The notes: generated by a model from the letters alone, not told the origin. DNA of 64,000 nucleotides from Bacteroidales bacterium UBA3630 (GCA_002373995.1 DFLB01000026.1:70127-134126), one strand, 5' to 3'; counted from the first letter of the stretch, positions 36,389 to 46,818 are shown. Made by a program: numbers and translations.

Positions 36389-38992
36389 TTACTTCTGCTT
36401 CTGCGCGGGGTTGTAGAAGACAAACTGACCGTCGATGACATCGATGATGATGGATTCGTTGGAGTGGATCTTTCCTTCGAGGAGTTGTCGACTCATCTCG
36501 TTGAGTATCTCGCGCTGAATGACACGTTTGACCGGACGTGCACCCATAGCGGGGTCGAAGCCTATCTCGGCCAGATGGTTGACAGCCTCGTCGGTGGCGG
36601 AGATGGTGATCTCGTTCTGCTCCAGCATCTTGGCCACAACCTTCAACTGTATGCGCACGATGTCGCGTATCTGGCTCTGCGTGAGAGGCTGGAACATGAT
36701 GATCTCGTCGATACGGTTCAGGAACTCGGGACGTATGCGCTGTTTGAGCAGCTCCATGACGGCTTCCTTCGTCTCGTCAAGCTCGTAGGGCGTAGGCATC
36801 TGCTTCTGATCCAGCTTTTCGCGGATGATGTCGGAGCCCATGTTGGAGGTCATGATGATGATGGTGTTCTTGAAGTCGCAGGTGCGGCCTTTGTTGTCGG
36901 TCAGACGACCGTCTTCGAGCACTTGTAGCAAGATATTGAACACGTCGGGGTGAGCCTTCTCGATCTCGTCGAAGAGGACAATGGAGTAAGGTTTGCGGCG
37001 GACGGCCTCGGTCAGCTGGCCGCTCTCGTCGTAGCCCACATACCCTGGAGGCGCACCGATGAGCCGGCTGACGCTGTGGCGTTCCTGATACTCGGACATA
37101 TCAATACGGACCATCATATTCTCGTCGTCGAAGAGCACTTCGGCGAGTGCTTTTGCAAGTTCGGTCTTGCCGACGCCGGTGGTGCCGAGGAAGATGAAGG
37201 AGCCGATGGGTCGCTTGCCGTCAGAGAGGCCTGCACGGGAGCGGCGGACGGCGTTGGCGATGACAGAGATGGCCTCGTCCTGGCCCACAACACGTTTATG
37301 CAGTTCGTCTTCGAGATGCAGCAGGCGTTCGCGTTCGCTCTGCAGCATGCGGGTGACGGGGATGCCGGTCCACTTGGAGACGACTTCGGCGATCTGCTCG
37401 CTGTCCACCTCCTCATTAATCAGAGCGCCAGAGGCCTGCATCTGCTTCAGTTGCAGTTTGAGGTCCTGCACTTTCTTTTCGGCCTCCTTGATGCGTCCGT
37501 AGCGCAATTCGGCCACGCGGCCGTAGTCGCCCTGCCGTTCGGCCTGTTCAGCCTCGAACTTAAAGGACTCAATGTTCTTCACCTCGGCTTGGATGGCCTC
37601 GACAATCTGTTTTTCGTTCTGCCAACGGGCTTTCATTTGGTCGCGCTGTTCACGCAGACCGGAGAGTTCCTTGTCAATCTGGGCTATCTTGTTCTGATCG
37701 TTTTCGCGCTTGATGGCTTCGCGCTCGATTTCCAGCTGGCGTATGCGGCGCTCTATCTCGTCGAGTTCCTCAGGCACCGAGTCGATCTCTAAGCGTAACT
37801 TAGCGGCAGCCTCATCAATCAGGTCTATGGCCTTGTCTGGCAGGAAACGGTCAGAGATATAGCGGTGGGAGAGCTCGGCGGCAGCGATGATGGCTTCGTC
37901 CTTGATACGGACACGATGGTGCACCTCATAGCGCTCCTTCAGACCACGCAGGATGGAGATGGTGTCAGGCACCGATGGTTCATCGATGAGGACGCTCTGG
38001 AAACGGCGTTCGAGGGCTTTGTCTTTCTCGAAATACTTTTGGTATTCGGCCAGCGTGGTGGCACCGATGGCGCGGAGTTCGCCACGTGCCAACGCAGGCT
38101 TGAGGATATTGGCGGCATCCATTGCACCTTCGCCACCGCCGGCACCGACGAGGGTATGAATTTCGTCGATGAAGAGGATGATCTCGCCATCGGCCTCGTT
38201 GATTTCACGGATGACGCTCTTCAAGCGCTCCTCGAACTCGCCCTTGTATTTGGCGCCGGCTATCAGGGCACCCATGTCGAGGCTGTAGATTGTCTTGCTC
38301 TTCAGGTTTTCTGCCACGTCGCCGCTGACGATACGTTGCGCCAGCCCTTCGGCGATAGCCGTCTTGCCGACGCCGGGTTCGCCGATAAGGATGGGGTTGT
38401 TTTTTGTCCTACGGGAAAGGATTTGCAGCACACGCCTAATCTCCTCGTCACGACCAATGACGGGATCCAGCTTGCCGGCTTGAGCCAGCTGGTTGAGGTT
38501 CTTGGCATACTTGCCGAGAGCGTTCATGGTCTGCTCCTGGTTTTGGCTCGTCACCTTGCTGCCCTTGCGCAGGTCGGCGATGGCAGCTTGGAGACCTTTC
38601 TCGCTGCAGCCAGCGTCCTTCATCAACTGAGCCACGCGGTCGCGGCCGCTCACCAATCCCAGCAGCAGATGCTCGACGCTGACAAACTCGTCGCCCATCT
38701 TGGTTGCCCGTTGCGAAGCAGCGACAAGCGCCTGATTAGCATCGTTGCTCAGGTAGACCTGTCCGCCACTGACATGCGGCTGACTGTTCAAAATGTCGTC
38801 CACTTGCTGCGTCAGCCGCGGGAGGTTCACCTCCATCTTTTTCAGCAAGTAAGGAGTCACATTCTCATCCTCGGCCAACAGCCCTTTCAGCAAGTGGGCC
38901 GTCTCGATGGTAGGATGTTGCTGTCCGAGGGCGATTTCCTGTGCCTTTTGGACAGCCTCCTGTGCTTTGATTGTGAAATTATTCAGATTCAT
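36389..38992 (-). CDS. clpB: ATP-dependent chaperone ClpB
   Basis: 867 aa. Two AAA+ modules (GEPGVGKTA and GTTGVGKTE), a coiled-coil middle domain and an N-terminal Clp_N domain. Confidence 0.97.
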   Translation of the reverse strand: MNLNNFTIKAQEAVQKAQEIALGQQHPTIETAHLLKGLLAEDENVTPYLLKKMEVNLPRLTQQVDDILNSQPHVSGGQVYLSNDANQALVAASQRATKMGDEFVSVEHLLLGLVSGRDRVAQLMKDAGCSEKGLQAAIADLRKGSKVTSQNQEQTMNALGKYAKNLNQLAQAGKLDPVIGRDEEIRRVLQILSRRTKNNPILIGEPGVGKTAIAEGLAQRIVSGDVAENLKSKTIYSLDMGALIAGAKYKGEFEERLKSVIREINEADGEIILFIDEIHTLVGAGGGEGAMDAANILKPALARGELRAIGATTLAEYQKYFEKDKALERRFQSVLIDEPSVPDTISILRGLKERYEVHHRVRIKDEAIIAAAELSHRYISDRFLPDKAIDLIDEAAAKLRLEIDSVPEELDEIERRIRQLEIEREAIKRENDQNKIAQIDKELSGLREQRDQMKARWQNEKQIVEAIQAEVKNIESFKFEAEQAERQGDYGRVAELRYGRIKEAEKKVQDLKLQLKQMQASGALINEEVDSEQIAEVVSKWTGIPVTRMLQSERERLLHLEDELHKRVVGQDEAISVIANAVRRSRAGLSDGKRPIGSFIFLGTTGVGKTELAKALAEVLFDDENMMVRIDMSEYQERHSVSRLIGAPPGYVGYDESGQLTEAVRRKPYSIVLFDEIEKAHPDVFNILLQVLEDGRLTDNKGRTCDFKNTIIIMTSNMGSDIIREKLDQKQMPTPYELDETKEAVMELLKQRIRPEFLNRIDEIIMFQPLTQSQIRDIVRIQLKVVAKMLEQNEITISATDEAVNHLAEIGFDPAMGARPVKRVIQREILNEMSRQLLEGKIHSNESIIIDVIDGQFVFYNPAQKQK

Positions 38993-39248
38993 ATCTTTTA
39001 AGGTTTTAGGTTTTTCTCAACTACCCATAGAAGAACAACAATCATACCAACCGGTGGGTGGACTGACAATTTGTCAGTTTTCGACTGCCAAATTGCATCT
39101 TGGGCAACAAAGAGGCACCACAAAGGAATGATTTTAAACCTTTCGGCCAAAGGGCCTTATATTGCATGGTGTCCAGTCGCGACAAAGGACAAACGTCAAA
39201 TCAACATCAAAACAAACAAACAAAAAAAAAAAGAAAGGAAACAACATT

Positions 39249-39896
39249 ATGGCAAAAAGCAATTACAACAGTCTCAACCTATGGCGTGGCCGCATCGCCG
39301 GCCAGGTGTACAAAGCGGTGCGCGGCAAACAGGTCATCTCGACCTATGTGCCCGGACGGAACCCCAACACGATGGCACAGCAACTGGTGCGAGCCAAGTT
39401 GACCGTCGTGGCGAAACTGACCCGTGTATTCCGCTACGTGATACGCCTTGGTTTTGCCGAGGATGCCGGCAGCAAGCGTTCGATTCCGATAGCCCGCTTT
39501 GTCAAGCACAACTTTGGCAACATCAGCGGTGACAGTCCCGATATCGTCAGCCTGGACCCGAGCAAGATTATCCTTGCCGAAGGCAGCCGGACCGGAGCCA
39601 CCTTCAATCCGGTCCTCGACATTGACACGCAGCCTGGCGAAGTTGTCATCGGCATCACCAATGCCGTGAGCCCTTACGAGGACGAGCAGGAGGACCTGGT
39701 CTTCGGCGTTCTCTACGCTCCCGACCTCAAACAGGCCATCCTCTCAGAAGGCGTGGCACGCACGTCGAACAAGATCCGCATGGCGTTGCCTACCGACTGG
39801 ACCGGCATCGAGATCCATGCCTATGGCTTCGTCATCGGCGGACAGAACCTGCAGGCATCCCCCTCGCGCTACATAGGCCATGTCAACCTTGACTGA
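39249..39896 (+). CDS. Hypothetical protein, resembles the DUF6266 family
   Basis: Start at MAKSNYNSL. RGKQVISTYVPGRNPNTMAQQLVRAKL and C-terminal IHAYGFVIG...SPSRYIGHV fit my recollection of DUF6266. Followed by a strong terminator. Confidence 0.4.
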   Translation: MAKSNYNSLNLWRGRIAGQVYKAVRGKQVISTYVPGRNPNTMAQQLVRAKLTVVAKLTRVFRYVIRLGFAEDAGSKRSIPIARFVKHNFGNISGDSPDIVSLDPSKIILAEGSRTGATFNPVLDIDTQPGEVVIGITNAVSPYEDEQEDLVFGVLYAPDLKQAILSEGVARTSNKIRMALPTDWTGIEIHAYGFVIGGQNLQASPSRYIGHVNLD

Positions 39897-39925
39897 GTGA
39901 TGCGGAGGCATCCGGATGCAGAAAA

Positions 39926-39956
39926 GCCCCGACGGTTTCCCGTCGGGGCTTTTTCT
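39926..39956. terminator. Bidirectional intrinsic terminator
   Basis: GCCCCGACGG-TTTC-CCGTCGGGGC, flanked by an A-run and a T-run. Confidence 0.75.
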
Positions 39957-39964
39957 TTGCCATT

Positions 39965-40306
39965 TCAATATAATAATAAAGGTAACCCGTTGGCGGAATA
40001 AACCAGAGCATATTTGACTCTGTCAATCGCGCTGTCTCCGTATTTTTCGAGGTGGTTGCACATAAGGCGATAAGAGTCTTTGGTTTTGGGCTTGACATTT
40101 GCGGACGTGGCATAGGCTTTGGCATATTGCAGCAGACTGATGGACGGTCTCTCCTCAGCTTGTCCGTTGCCGAGACTGGCGGAGTATTGGTAATGAGCAC
40201 CAGATGAAAAATCGTCGGAAGACAGACAAATGCTGAGTTCCCCTGTGGACGTATATTGGATAGAGACCACAGAAAACTGGAAATCGGAGTCAATCTTAAT
40301 ATCCAC
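39965..40306 (-). pseudogene. Probable N-terminal remnant of a tyrosine recombinase/integrase
   Basis: 113-aa ORF. LLQYAKAYATSANVKPKTKDSYRLMCNHLEKYGD resembles the SAM-like N-domain of Bacteroidota integrases. No catalytic domain follows. Confidence 0.3.
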
Positions 40307-40536
40307 AATGTCAATTGTTTATATTGCACACCTGTTTAAAAGTCGGAAATAAAGATACAAAAAGTTGTCTAATTGAAAGAAAATTAGTTTTTTTGCAACG
40401 AAGAAAAAGCAACAATAATGCAACAGGATTACACCATATTATCGGGGAAAAATGCCATGTCAGAAAGCGGCATTTTGAAGGTGTATTTTGATACTTTTTC
40501 TTCAAAAAGTGGACTTTGGACAACTTTTATAAACAA

Positions 40537-41022
40537 CTACAAACAAAGTTGTTCCATCAACTTTAAGTGCTGTTCTTTGCCGGTGAAAGTGTACTGGCCA
40601 AGGCGGGGGTCGAGGTTGTTCTGAATGTCCACCCAGTCTTCACCGTAGGGCAGGTAGTTGAGCGTCTGGATGACGCCGCCGTGATAGGTCAGATAGGCTG
40701 CGATGCCGCCCTCTTCTCCCCGTTCCATAAAGGCTTGGAGCCGATTGGCTGCGCCAACGCAGCTTTGGCTCGGAAAAGCAAGTAAACTTGCTCTTCTCTC
40801 GCTTTGAGCAGCTACGTCCTCGGTCCAGCAGAGGAAGCGCCTGTTCTCAAGCTGGCCACGCGCGTTGTCAGTTCTGCGCGTTCCTCTGGAACTTGCACCA
40901 TTGCCGTTTGCTCCACTTCGGTCGCAGGCCGTTCGCATCCGCTCAGGCAGGAAAACAAAGGGGTAATACCGCATGGTTTTCGTGCGGTTTAGAGGTGTGT
41001 GGGGGTATGCTAAAGAGGTCAT
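40537..41022 (-). pseudogene. Rhs/YD-repeat core remnant
   Basis: NYLPYGEDWVDIQNNLDPRLGQYTFTGKE is the end of an Rhs core and is truncated right after FTGKE. A second vestige, TMRYYPFVF, lies at the 5' end. Confidence 0.5.
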
Positions 41023-41133
41023 AATGTTTAGAGTTTTTTGGCAACCTTTCCGTCGGGGCTGGGATTGGCGTGAAAACTAAATTGTAGCCAGCTTTTGTGG
41101 GACACTTCAGTGTCTGCCCCCTATTCATTTCTT

Positions 41134-41691
41134 TTATTTTTCGTGGGAGGTGTCGATGTACTTATCGCCATTGAGATTTACAGATGAATAGATATTTTCC
41201 CCACAGAAATGCTCTACCATTAGCCACCGGTTTTCGAAAAGTAGCTCTACTGGTTGAAATAGTGGAGTATTTATTGGAGCAAGTGGTGACAGCTCGAAAT
41301 AATAAACTTCCCCAACTTTTAGAGATTTACCTTTATAATTAGGTTTATCCATCAAAGAGAGGACTTGTTTGCATCTTAATGGAGAGTCCGACATATCATC
41401 CAAAAAAAACACAACAACACCAAATTCTTTTTCTTTCCATATTTCTTTAACACGGAAATTACCCTTTAAGGTCTTAGGGTCAGCAATGTCGGGGTGTTCA
41501 TTTTTCCATGCATCGCACAAAGAGTCTTGTAGTCTTTTCTTATAGCCAAATGCTTCTTCTGAATATTCATCATTAGCATAGATGATAGGCCAACATGTGT
41601 AGCAGTTGTCTCGGGCAAGATATTCAGTACTAGTGCAGCTTGTTATTAGATTGCAAAAACAAATAGCAATTATTATGGTTAATTTTTTCAT
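41134..41691 (-). CDS. Lipoprotein, putative immunity protein for the upstream Rhs C-terminal toxin
   Basis: Start at MKKLTIIIAICFCNLITSC (lipobox). AT-rich. Lies immediately downstream of the toxin module. The assignment is positional only. Confidence 0.4.
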   Translation of the reverse strand: MKKLTIIIAICFCNLITSCTSTEYLARDNCYTCWPIIYANDEYSEEAFGYKKRLQDSLCDAWKNEHPDIADPKTLKGNFRVKEIWKEKEFGVVVFFLDDMSDSPLRCKQVLSLMDKPNYKGKSLKVGEVYYFELSPLAPINTPLFQPVELLFENRWLMVEHFCGENIYSSVNLNGDKYIDTSHEK

Positions 41692-41725
41692 AATGAAACA
41701 TGTAGAATTATTAATAAACAAACTA

Positions 41726-42544
41726 TCATCTAAGGTATTCGGATTTTAATTTTATTTTTCCATTGGTTCCAGGACCAAATTCTGCCCAAAAAATGGAATT
41801 GGCTTTTGCATGCGCCATATTGTAATCAGAACTGTTCATTTCTAACTTCCTATCAAATTTTCTGGCCAATAAACAGCCTTCAATTCCTTCCGAAAATTCG
41901 TGCAAGATAATTCTTCCTGGATATTTCTTTGATTCATCATCATTCCCACAGATAGCACCCAGTCTGTTGATATTTAGATATTGCACTCCTTCCACTCGAA
42001 TTATTTTTCCTTTATCCTCTCGCTGCAAATCACTAGTGCCACCAAATAGTGTAGGGTTCCCTGGTTGCATTTTTTCATGATCTGTCTCCATAATCTTGAT
42101 AACACATATATTATTAGGGTTTTCGATTATTTCCTTAATGTATTTGTCTGTATGGGTCTTGATCTCTGAACCAGGAAGATCGGTATTTAAAGTAAGATAG
42201 CCCTTCTCATCACATTGGAAGGTTAATTTACTATATTGATGTAAATAGTCCAAAACCTTTTGTCTTTGATCTTCTGTGCCATCCAGACGTATGCTATCTC
42301 CGCTGGGGTCCGTTAACTTAATCGGGTTCCAAGCGCAGTATGCATACGGAGATATGAAGGGATATTTGGATGCATATCTGTCAACGGAGATGAACGACGT
42401 CATCAAGCTATGATCCATGTACCTCGCGCCGAAGTAGCCGTAGCCGGTTTCCTCGTCGCGTTCTTTCCCGGTGAAAACGATGGGGTAAAACCGCATAGTT
42501 TGAGTGCGGTTTACCCCTTCGGTTTTATATGCTTGTCGGTTCAA
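41726..42544 (-). CDS. Orphan Rhs C-terminal module: core end (FTGKERDEETGYGYFGARYMD...NPIKLTDPSGD) plus a variable toxin domain of about 190 aa
   Basis: 272-aa ORF. The conserved Rhs core-tip motifs are followed by an unrelated AT-rich C-terminal domain. There is no upstream YD-repeat shell. Confidence 0.6.
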   Translation of the reverse strand: MNRQAYKTEGVNRTQTMRFYPIVFTGKERDEETGYGYFGARYMDHSLMTSFISVDRYASKYPFISPYAYCAWNPIKLTDPSGDSIRLDGTEDQRQKVLDYLHQYSKLTFQCDEKGYLTLNTDLPGSEIKTHTDKYIKEIIENPNNICVIKIMETDHEKMQPGNPTLFGGTSDLQREDKGKIIRVEGVQYLNINRLGAICGNDDESKKYPGRIILHEFSEGIEGCLLARKFDRKLEMNSSDYNMAHAKANSIFWAEFGPGTNGKIKLKSEYLR

Positions 42545-42626
42545 TTAGTTTATTCTTTTGAGGGGGAGGAGGACGGGTACCTATTCCTTGTCGCCCAATT
42601 GCCATACAATGGCTCTTTATCACAAA

Positions 42627-43196
42627 TTACGGTTTAGCATATTTGGCTACGGAATCACAATATTGCAGATGTAGCATGGGATCTTTTAAGTCTGCGTCGT
42701 ACTTACCATTGTAGATTTCCGTAAGCCATTCCGCTGCAACAAATTTTGTCAGAGCATCAGCAGCAGTGTCGCACATGGCTTGCAACAACAATCTTTCCGC
42801 CTCTCTTACTATGGCCGAATCTACTGCAATTATATTATTGTCAACATCAATAAAATAATACGAAACAAAATCTGTCGCAGCATCAGAACTACCATCTCTA
42901 ATTGCAAATATATAGCAATACAATAGATAATCTCTATGAGAGAGTGGACAATTGTCATATCCTTTCCGCAACTTAAAATGTTCTATATTACATTTCAAAT
43001 AAGCGCTGTCGTCTCCAGAAATAACCATACAATCCATTGGGGTTAATGATTCTGATATGGGAAGCAACTGGGTCAACTCTTTTTGCAATTCAGCGTTCCT
43101 TCGCTTGTAATCATACCATTTATACAAGGAGTAACAAAGAATGCATAGTGCAGAAAAAAGCACTAGTATAAAAATGGTTCTGGCCTTATTATTCAT
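42627..43196 (-). CDS. Membrane-anchored protein, putative immunity protein
   Basis: 189 aa. N-terminal TM helix IFILVLFSALCILCYSLY. Overlaps the stop of the upstream toxin module by 8 nt. Confidence 0.4.
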   Translation of the reverse strand: MNNKARTIFILVLFSALCILCYSLYKWYDYKRRNAELQKELTQLLPISESLTPMDCMVISGDDSAYLKCNIEHFKLRKGYDNCPLSHRDYLLYCYIFAIRDGSSDAATDFVSYYFIDVDNNIIAVDSAIVREAERLLLQAMCDTAADALTKFVAAEWLTEIYNGKYDADLKDPMLHLQYCDSVAKYAKP

Positions 43197-44694
43197 TATG
43201 GTTTTGGATTTTTTCTAATACTTTGTTGATACCGCCCTGCCTGTTTATCCATGCTTGTGGAGCGCCTCTAAACGATGACACCTTTTCCCCATTAACATAT
43301 ATATTCCAGTTCTGGCGGGAGCCTTTTTTGGGGTTTTTAGCGGTTCCTATATTTTTCGCATTATCAATTGTGGTCTGACCATTTTTATTAATGCCAGCCC
43401 AAACCACACCTTCTGGAGCAATCACGACGGATGATTCCAATTCTTTTGATAACTGTTGGCCAAAACAATCTTCCCCTTGACCGGTATTGCAGGAATACAG
43501 AATTATTATTGTCGATTTGCCCTTTTCTAAATTGTCCACGTATAGGGAAGAGCCATCTGTCATGTTTGTTATCCTATCCGCCATTTGCTTTGCTGTCAGA
43601 GGTTTAGTTACTTCGCCATTTCCGGTGGACGTTTGCATCTCTTTGGAAGAGCCATGCATGGCGATGGCTAGTACATGTGGACTGTCTCCAATGTTTCTAA
43701 TACATTCCCCAAGTCTTTGATTTTTTCTGTTCTGTTCAGCATCTAGAGTTCTGCATGCGAATGAGATGATTGTATCTAGACCATCCGGATCAACCAACTT
43801 TACGGGATTCCAAGCACAATACGCATATGGCGAAATGCTCGGGTACTTGTCTGCCATCGGGTCGACGGAGAGCCACATGGTCATGAGCTCGTGGTCCATG
43901 TACCTCGCCCCGAAGTAGCCATAGCCGGTCTCCTCGTCGCGTTCTTTCCCGGTGAAAGTGAATCTTTCCTGATATCCTGCCGGATGTTGATCAACAAAAG
44001 GTTGGCCAAAGGGTAAGTATTGCAGGTGTTGAACGGGATTGCCGTCACCATCCGTTATCCAACTGGCTCCGCCAAGATGGTCGCTGTGATAGAAAAACAC
44101 TTCGGGTTCTTCCGGAGGATAGCTCGGTGCTGACGGATGGCTGGGCCAAGATAAGTTTTCAATAATCTTGTGTAGTTTCCATGGCTCAATTTTTATCTCA
44201 GCATGTAAATGCAGTGGGATTTTATCCCTGTTGAACTTATATGCCTCGTCCAGTATTTCCCCGTCGATGCGTACAATATCCAGTTTCTCTGGCTTTCGAT
44301 ATTCGTATTTGTTAATTCTCTCCCATATATGCCAGAATAAATGATCTGTTCTGCGCGCCATTTGATCGTTGCGAATAATACATGAGGTATCATGACTCAA
44401 TCCGCCACTGCCAAGACGTGCCGCCACGCGCTTGCGGATGTCCTCGCACAGGCCGGCGGTGTACTTGCGGCGGTCGTTGTACTGTCGGCGTGAAATCAGG
44501 TTCGGCATAAGCTCTGTGTGGCTTTTCGGCATCGAGAACAGGCGGCTCTCGCTGTCGATGCTTTCCGTCTCGGCCGTCAACGCCAGCGCGATAACCTCAA
44601 AGTCGGAGAACTTGGGGACGACACCCCGTCGTGGCATATTGCCGTGCCCGCCCGCCAAATCTTTTGAGATATGCTTGTTATTTAATTCCGCCAA
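43189..44694 (-). CDS. Chimeric ORF: transposase N-terminal remnant fused in frame to an Rhs core end and a C-terminal toxin domain
   Basis: Residues 1-100 are transposase-like. Residues from about 195 read FFYHSDHLGGASWITDGDGNPVQHLQYLPFGQ...FTFTGKERDEETGYGYFGARYMD...NPVKLVDPDG, followed by a unique domain of about 190 aa. Confidence 0.55.
   Translation of the reverse strand: MAELNNKHISKDLAGGHGNMPRRGVVPKFSDFEVIALALTAETESIDSESRLFSMPKSHTELMPNLISRRQYNDRRKYTAGLCEDIRKRVAARLGSGGLSHDTSCIIRNDQMARRTDHLFWHIWERINKYEYRKPEKLDIVRIDGEILDEAYKFNRDKIPLHLHAEIKIEPWKLHKIIENLSWPSHPSAPSYPPEEPEVFFYHSDHLGGASWITDGDGNPVQHLQYLPFGQPFVDQHPAGYQERFTFTGKERDEETGYGYFGARYMDHELMTMWLSVDPMADKYPSISPYAYCAWNPVKLVDPDGLDTIISFACRTLDAEQNRKNQRLGECIRNIGDSPHVLAIAMHGSSKEMQTSTGNGEVTKPLTAKQMADRITNMTDGSSLYVDNLEKGKSTIIILYSCNTGQGEDCFGQQLSKELESSVVIAPEGVVWAGINKNGQTTIDNAKNIGTAKNPKKGSRQNWNIYVNGEKVSSFRGAPQAWINRQGGINKVLEKIQNHNE
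44395..44694 (-). mobile_element. IS982-family-like transposase 5' fragment
   Basis: PKFSDFEVIALALTAETESIDSESRLF...NLISRRQYNDRRK matches my recollection of IS982-type N-termini. The GC content differs from the AT-rich toxin part. No DDE domain is present. Confidence 0.4.
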
Positions 44695-44706
44695 CGGGTA
44701 AAGGTA

Positions 44707-46587
44707 TTACTTATCCATTGTATAAAGGAACTCTTCGTTGGTGCGAGTGTTGCGCATCTGCTTCTGCAGGAACTCCATAGCCTCGAGGGGGGTGAGGTCG
44801 GTGAGGTGGTTGCGGAGGACGACGCTGCGTGCAAGAATGTCGGGTTTGACGAGCAGGTCGTCGCGACGGGTGCTGGAGGCGGCAAGGTCGATGGAGGGAT
44901 AGACACGCTTGTTGGAAAGACGGCGGTCGAGTTGCAGTTCCATGTTGCCGGTGCCTTTGAATTCCTCGAAGATGACGTCGTCCATCTTGGATCCTGTCTC
45001 GGTGAGAGCGGTAGCGATAATCGTCAGGCTGCCGCCGCCTTCGATGTTTCTGGCAGCGCCGAAGAAACGTTTGGGTTTCTGGAGCGCATTGGCTTCAACG
45101 CCACCGGAGAGCACCTTGCCGGAGGCCGGCTGGACGGTGTTGTAAGCGCGCGCCAGACGCGTGATGCTGTCGAGGACAATCATCACGTCGTGGCCGCACT
45201 CAGTGAGGCGTTTGGCCTTTTCGAGCACGATGTTGGCGATGCGCACATGGCGGTCGGCGGGCTCGTCGAAGGTAGAGGCAATCACCTCGGCTTTGACAGA
45301 GCGCTGCATGTCGGTCACTTCCTCGGGGCGTTCGTCGATGAGCAGGACCATCAGGTAGACCTCGGGGTGGTTGTAGGCGATGGCATTGGCGACCTCCTTC
45401 AAGAGAGTGGTTTTACCGGTCTTAGGCTGGGCGACTATGAGGCCGCGCTGACCTTTTCCGATGGGAGTGAAGAGGTCGATGATGCGTGTGGAGAGGGTTT
45501 CTTGCGGGTGGCCGGTGAGGGTGAACTTCTGGTCGGGGAAGAGGGGTGTGAGGCTTTCGAAGGGTATGCGGTCGCGGACACGCTCGGGCGAGAGGCCGTT
45601 GATTTCGAGAATCTTCACCATGGGGAAGAACTTGTCGCCTTCGCGAGGAGGGCGGACGGTGCCGCGGAGGGTGTCGCCGGTTTTGAGGCCATAGTTGCGG
45701 ATTTGCTGCGGGCTGATATAGATGTCGTCGGGGCTGGAGAGGTAGTTGTAGTCGCTGGAACGGAGGAAGCCGTATCCGTCAGGCACAATCTCAAGGACAC
45801 CTTCAGACTCGATGACGCCTTCGGTTTCGAAGGCGTAGTGTTTCTTCTTCGATTGTTTGTCGCCGGTGCGCTCGGGTTCTTTCTTTTCTATTATATTATT
45901 GTTCTGCGGTTGCTCGACGGGTGCGGGTGCCACCTGCGGGGCGGGAGTTTCGGCCACGGGTGTTTTTTCGGTGGGGGCAGCGTCTTGATTGGCTTCCGGT
46001 TTGGTTTCGGGCGCCGGTTCCTGCTGGGTGGGCAGTGGATTTTTGCGCGGCCGGCCGCGCTTGCGTTTGGCCGGTGCCTGAGCGGGGGCCTGTGGTTCCA
46101 CGGAGGGTTCCGAGGGCTGGGGGTCCTGCTGGGGTTCGGTATCGTTTTTTTCGCGGCGGAAGAGGAAGCGTCCTTCTGGCGAGAGCACGTCGGGAATCTC
46201 GGGTACGGTGGGCATTTCCATGTCCATGATGTTGATTGGCGCTGGCATGGGGGCTACCTCTGTTATGGCCGGTTGGGGCATGGCGACGAACTCTTTAGGG
46301 CGGTTGGTGCCGGCATTGTCCTTTCTGTGATTGGCTCTTTTGTGCACTTCGGGGTTTTTGACCGATGACTCGGCGAGGAGTTGCGGTTTCATGTGCTGCC
46401 GGCGACGCTGGGTGTTGTCGGCCTGCAAGGATGCGGCTTCAGGGCCCGGGTTGGCGGCCTGATGGTCGAGGATGCTGTAGATGAGTTCTTGCTGGTTGAG
46501 GCGCGTGGCCTTTGAGACACCCATTTGGCGGGCGATGTCGATAAGCTCGATTTGGGCTTTGTTTTCTAACTCGGTTTTACTGAACAT
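44707..46587 (-). CDS. rho: Transcription termination factor Rho with a long Bacteroidota-type N-terminal insertion
   Basis: Start chosen at [23 protein letters not shown]; an upstream in-frame ATG at 46659 is also possible. RNA-binding motif GYGFLRS and P-loop AQPKTGKTT. Confidence 0.93.
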   Translation of the reverse strand: MFSKTELENKAQIELIDIARQMGVSKATRLNQQELIYSILDHQAANPGPEAASLQADNTQRRRQHMKPQLLAESSVKNPEVHKRANHRKDNAGTNRPKEFVAMPQPAITEVAPMPAPINIMDMEMPTVPEIPDVLSPEGRFLFRREKNDTEPQQDPQPSEPSVEPQAPAQAPAKRKRGRPRKNPLPTQQEPAPETKPEANQDAAPTEKTPVAETPAPQVAPAPVEQPQNNNIIEKKEPERTGDKQSKKKHYAFETEGVIESEGVLEIVPDGYGFLRSSDYNYLSSPDDIYISPQQIRNYGLKTGDTLRGTVRPPREGDKFFPMVKILEINGLSPERVRDRIPFESLTPLFPDQKFTLTGHPQETLSTRIIDLFTPIGKGQRGLIVAQPKTGKTTLLKEVANAIAYNHPEVYLMVLLIDERPEEVTDMQRSVKAEVIASTFDEPADRHVRIANIVLEKAKRLTECGHDVMIVLDSITRLARAYNTVQPASGKVLSGGVEANALQKPKRFFGAARNIEGGGSLTIIATALTETGSKMDDVIFEEFKGTGNMELQLDRRLSNKRVYPSIDLAASSTRRDDLLVKPDILARSVVLRNHLTDLTPLEAMEFLQKQMRNTRTNEEFLYTMDK

Positions 46588-46693
46588 ATAGTTTCGTTGG
46601 GTGATACAACTTGCGTTGTCAGGAAAAATATCATACTGGAAATCAGGGCTGTCAATCACACATTCGCTTCGGAGCCCTTTTGTTTTGACGGTG

Positions 46694-46701
46694 CAAAATT
46701 A
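46694..46701 (-). promoter_or_regulatory. -7 box TAATTTTG (minus strand) for rho
   Basis: The plus strand reads CAAAATTA, upstream of both candidate rho starts. Confidence 0.45.
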
Positions 46702-46763
46702 CACATTTTTCCGGAACTGAAAGAAAAAAAATGATTTTTCGGGCTCAATTTAAAAAAAAGGTG

Positions 46764-46771
46764 TATTTTTG
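46764..46771 (+). promoter_or_regulatory. -7 box TATTTTTG for gcvH
   Basis: Lies 48 nt upstream of the ATG at 46819. Confidence 0.5.
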
Positions 46772-46818
46772 CACCGTCGAAAGCGAACAATTATTAATCA
46801 CATAACACCGTAAAAGAC

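Noticed and set aside
39162-39248. A longer start for the DUF6266-like ORF at 39162
   Set aside because: The extension is Lys/Asn/Thr-rich and is encoded by an A-rich tract. MAKSNYNSL at 39249 follows that A-rich leader and fits the family N-terminus better.
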